NCBI RefSeq assembly: GCF_964213995.1
Contig: NC_135830.1
Span: forward strand, 12,152,001-12,216,000
Source of the DNA: Mustelus asterias
Taxonomy: Eukaryota
Length of the DNA stretch: 64,000 bases
Direction of reading: 5' to 3'
The translations under genes and the position numbers were made by a program. Positions 62,815 to 64,000 of this stretch are shown here, piece after piece. Each line of letters starts with the position of its first letter. Position 1 is the stretch's first letter. Under the pieces are notes generated by a model that was not told where the DNA came from, did not search any database, and saw only the letters and a list, made by a program, of their open reading frames with translations.

Positions 62815-63670
62815 TAAACTAGTCCTAATTGCCTGCATTTGGTCCAAATCCCTCTATACCAATCTTACTCATGTATCTGTCCAAACACTTTCTAAAAGAC
62901 AATATTGTACCCGCCTCTACTACTAGAACCATAGAACCATAGAAAATTAAGCTCAGAAACAGGCCTTTTGGTCCTTCTTGTCTGTGCCGAACCATTTTTT
63001 GCCTAGTCCCACTGACCTGCACTTGGTCCATATCCCTCCACACCCCTCTCATCTATGAACCCGTCCAAGTTTTTCTTAAATGGTAAAGGTGACCCGCATT
63101 TACCACTTCATTCGGCAGCTCATTCCACACTCCCACCACTCTCTGCGTGAAGAAGCCCCCCCTAATATTCCCTTTAAACTTTTCTCCTTTCACCCTTAAC
63201 CCATGCCCTCTGGTTTTTTTCTCCCCAAGCCTCAGCGGAAAAAGCCTGCTTGCATTCAAACTATCTATACCCATCAAAATCTTATACACCTCTATCAAAT
63301 CTCCCCTCAATCTTCTGCGCTCCAGGGAATAAAGTCCCAACCTGTTCAATCTCTCTCTGTAACTCAGCTTCTCAAGTCCCGGCAACATCCTTGTGAACCT
63401 TCTCTGCACTCTTTCAACCTTATTTACATCTTTCCTGTAACTAGGTGACCAAAACTATACACAATACTCCAAATTCGGCCTCACCAATGCCATATATAAC
63501 CTTACCATAACACTCCAACTTTTATACTCGATACTCCGATTTATAAAGGCCAATGTACCAAAGGCACTCTTTACGACCCTATCCACGTGTGACGTCACTT
63601 TTAGGGAATTCTGTACCTGTATTCACAGATCCCTCTGTTCAACTGCACTCTTCAGAGTCCTACCATTTAC
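62815..63670 (-). mobile_element. Two CR1-type LINE 3' fragments (62815-62925; 62926-63670 with (agaaccat)n tail)
   Basis: QRRFTRMLPG...SLERRRLRGDLIEVYKI motif. Confidence 0.85.
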
Positions 63671-63699
63671 CATTACCAGTAATCATGAACCATTTACCA

Positions 63700-64000
63700 T
63701 GAACCAGGCCAGGTGTTAGATTTGGAGGGAGGTGAGCACTTTGGTGACAGTGACCACAATTCGATTACGTTTACTTTAGCAATGGAAAAGGATAGGTATA
63801 TACCAAAGGGCAAGAGTTATAGCTGGGGGAAAGGAAATTATGATGCGATTAGGCGAGATTTAGCTGGCATAGGTTGGGGAAGGAAACTGCAGGGGATGGG
63901 CACAATTGTAATGTGGAACTTGTTCAAGGAACAACTACTACGCGTCCTTGATAAATATGTACCTATCAGGCAGGGAGGAAGCAGACGTGTGAGGGAACCG
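63700..64000 (+). mobile_element. CR1-type LINE ORF2 fragment running off the window
   Basis: GEHFGDSDHNSITF...W.KGNYD.IR in frame. Confidence 0.8.

Overview
Vertebrate genomic DNA, almost certainly from a cartilaginous fish (shark/ray-type cluster organisation, elasmobranch-type VH/Cmu sequences, HE1-like SINEs and CR1/HER1-like LINEs). The first 14.4 kb carry one unrearranged germline IgM heavy-chain minilocus on the minus strand: leader (14283-14328), VH (13846-14150, 23-RSS), D1 (12/22 RSS), D2 (12/12 RSS), JH (23-RSS), an 8.4 kb J-C intron, CH1-CH3 and CH4 plus secretory tail. The transmembrane exons lie beyond the left edge of the window. All splice sites and RSSs look usable and L, V, J and CH1-3 are open, but CH4 has an in-frame TAA (689-691) and a Gly>Arg change in the conserved GF-P motif. 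The cluster is therefore a recombination-competent C-region pseudogene or a truncated allele. The J-C intron holds a 20-bp tandem repeat that is G-rich on the sense strand and resembles a switch region, long microsatellites, and multimerised 250-600 bp blocks. Upstream, about 13 kb of VH plus 5' flank is tandemly duplicated (about 13.9-27.15 kb vs about 27.15-46.4 kb), leaving an orphan, TE-disrupted VH pseudogene at 27153-27627. The rest is TE-dense: young and old CR1-type LINEs, tRNA-derived SINEs, Penelope-like remnants with hammerhead-like cores, foldback-like arrays and a 66-bp minisatellite. One TE-poor island rich in RUNX/ETS/E-box motifs lies at about 50.1-50.85 kb. TE boundaries are approximate.
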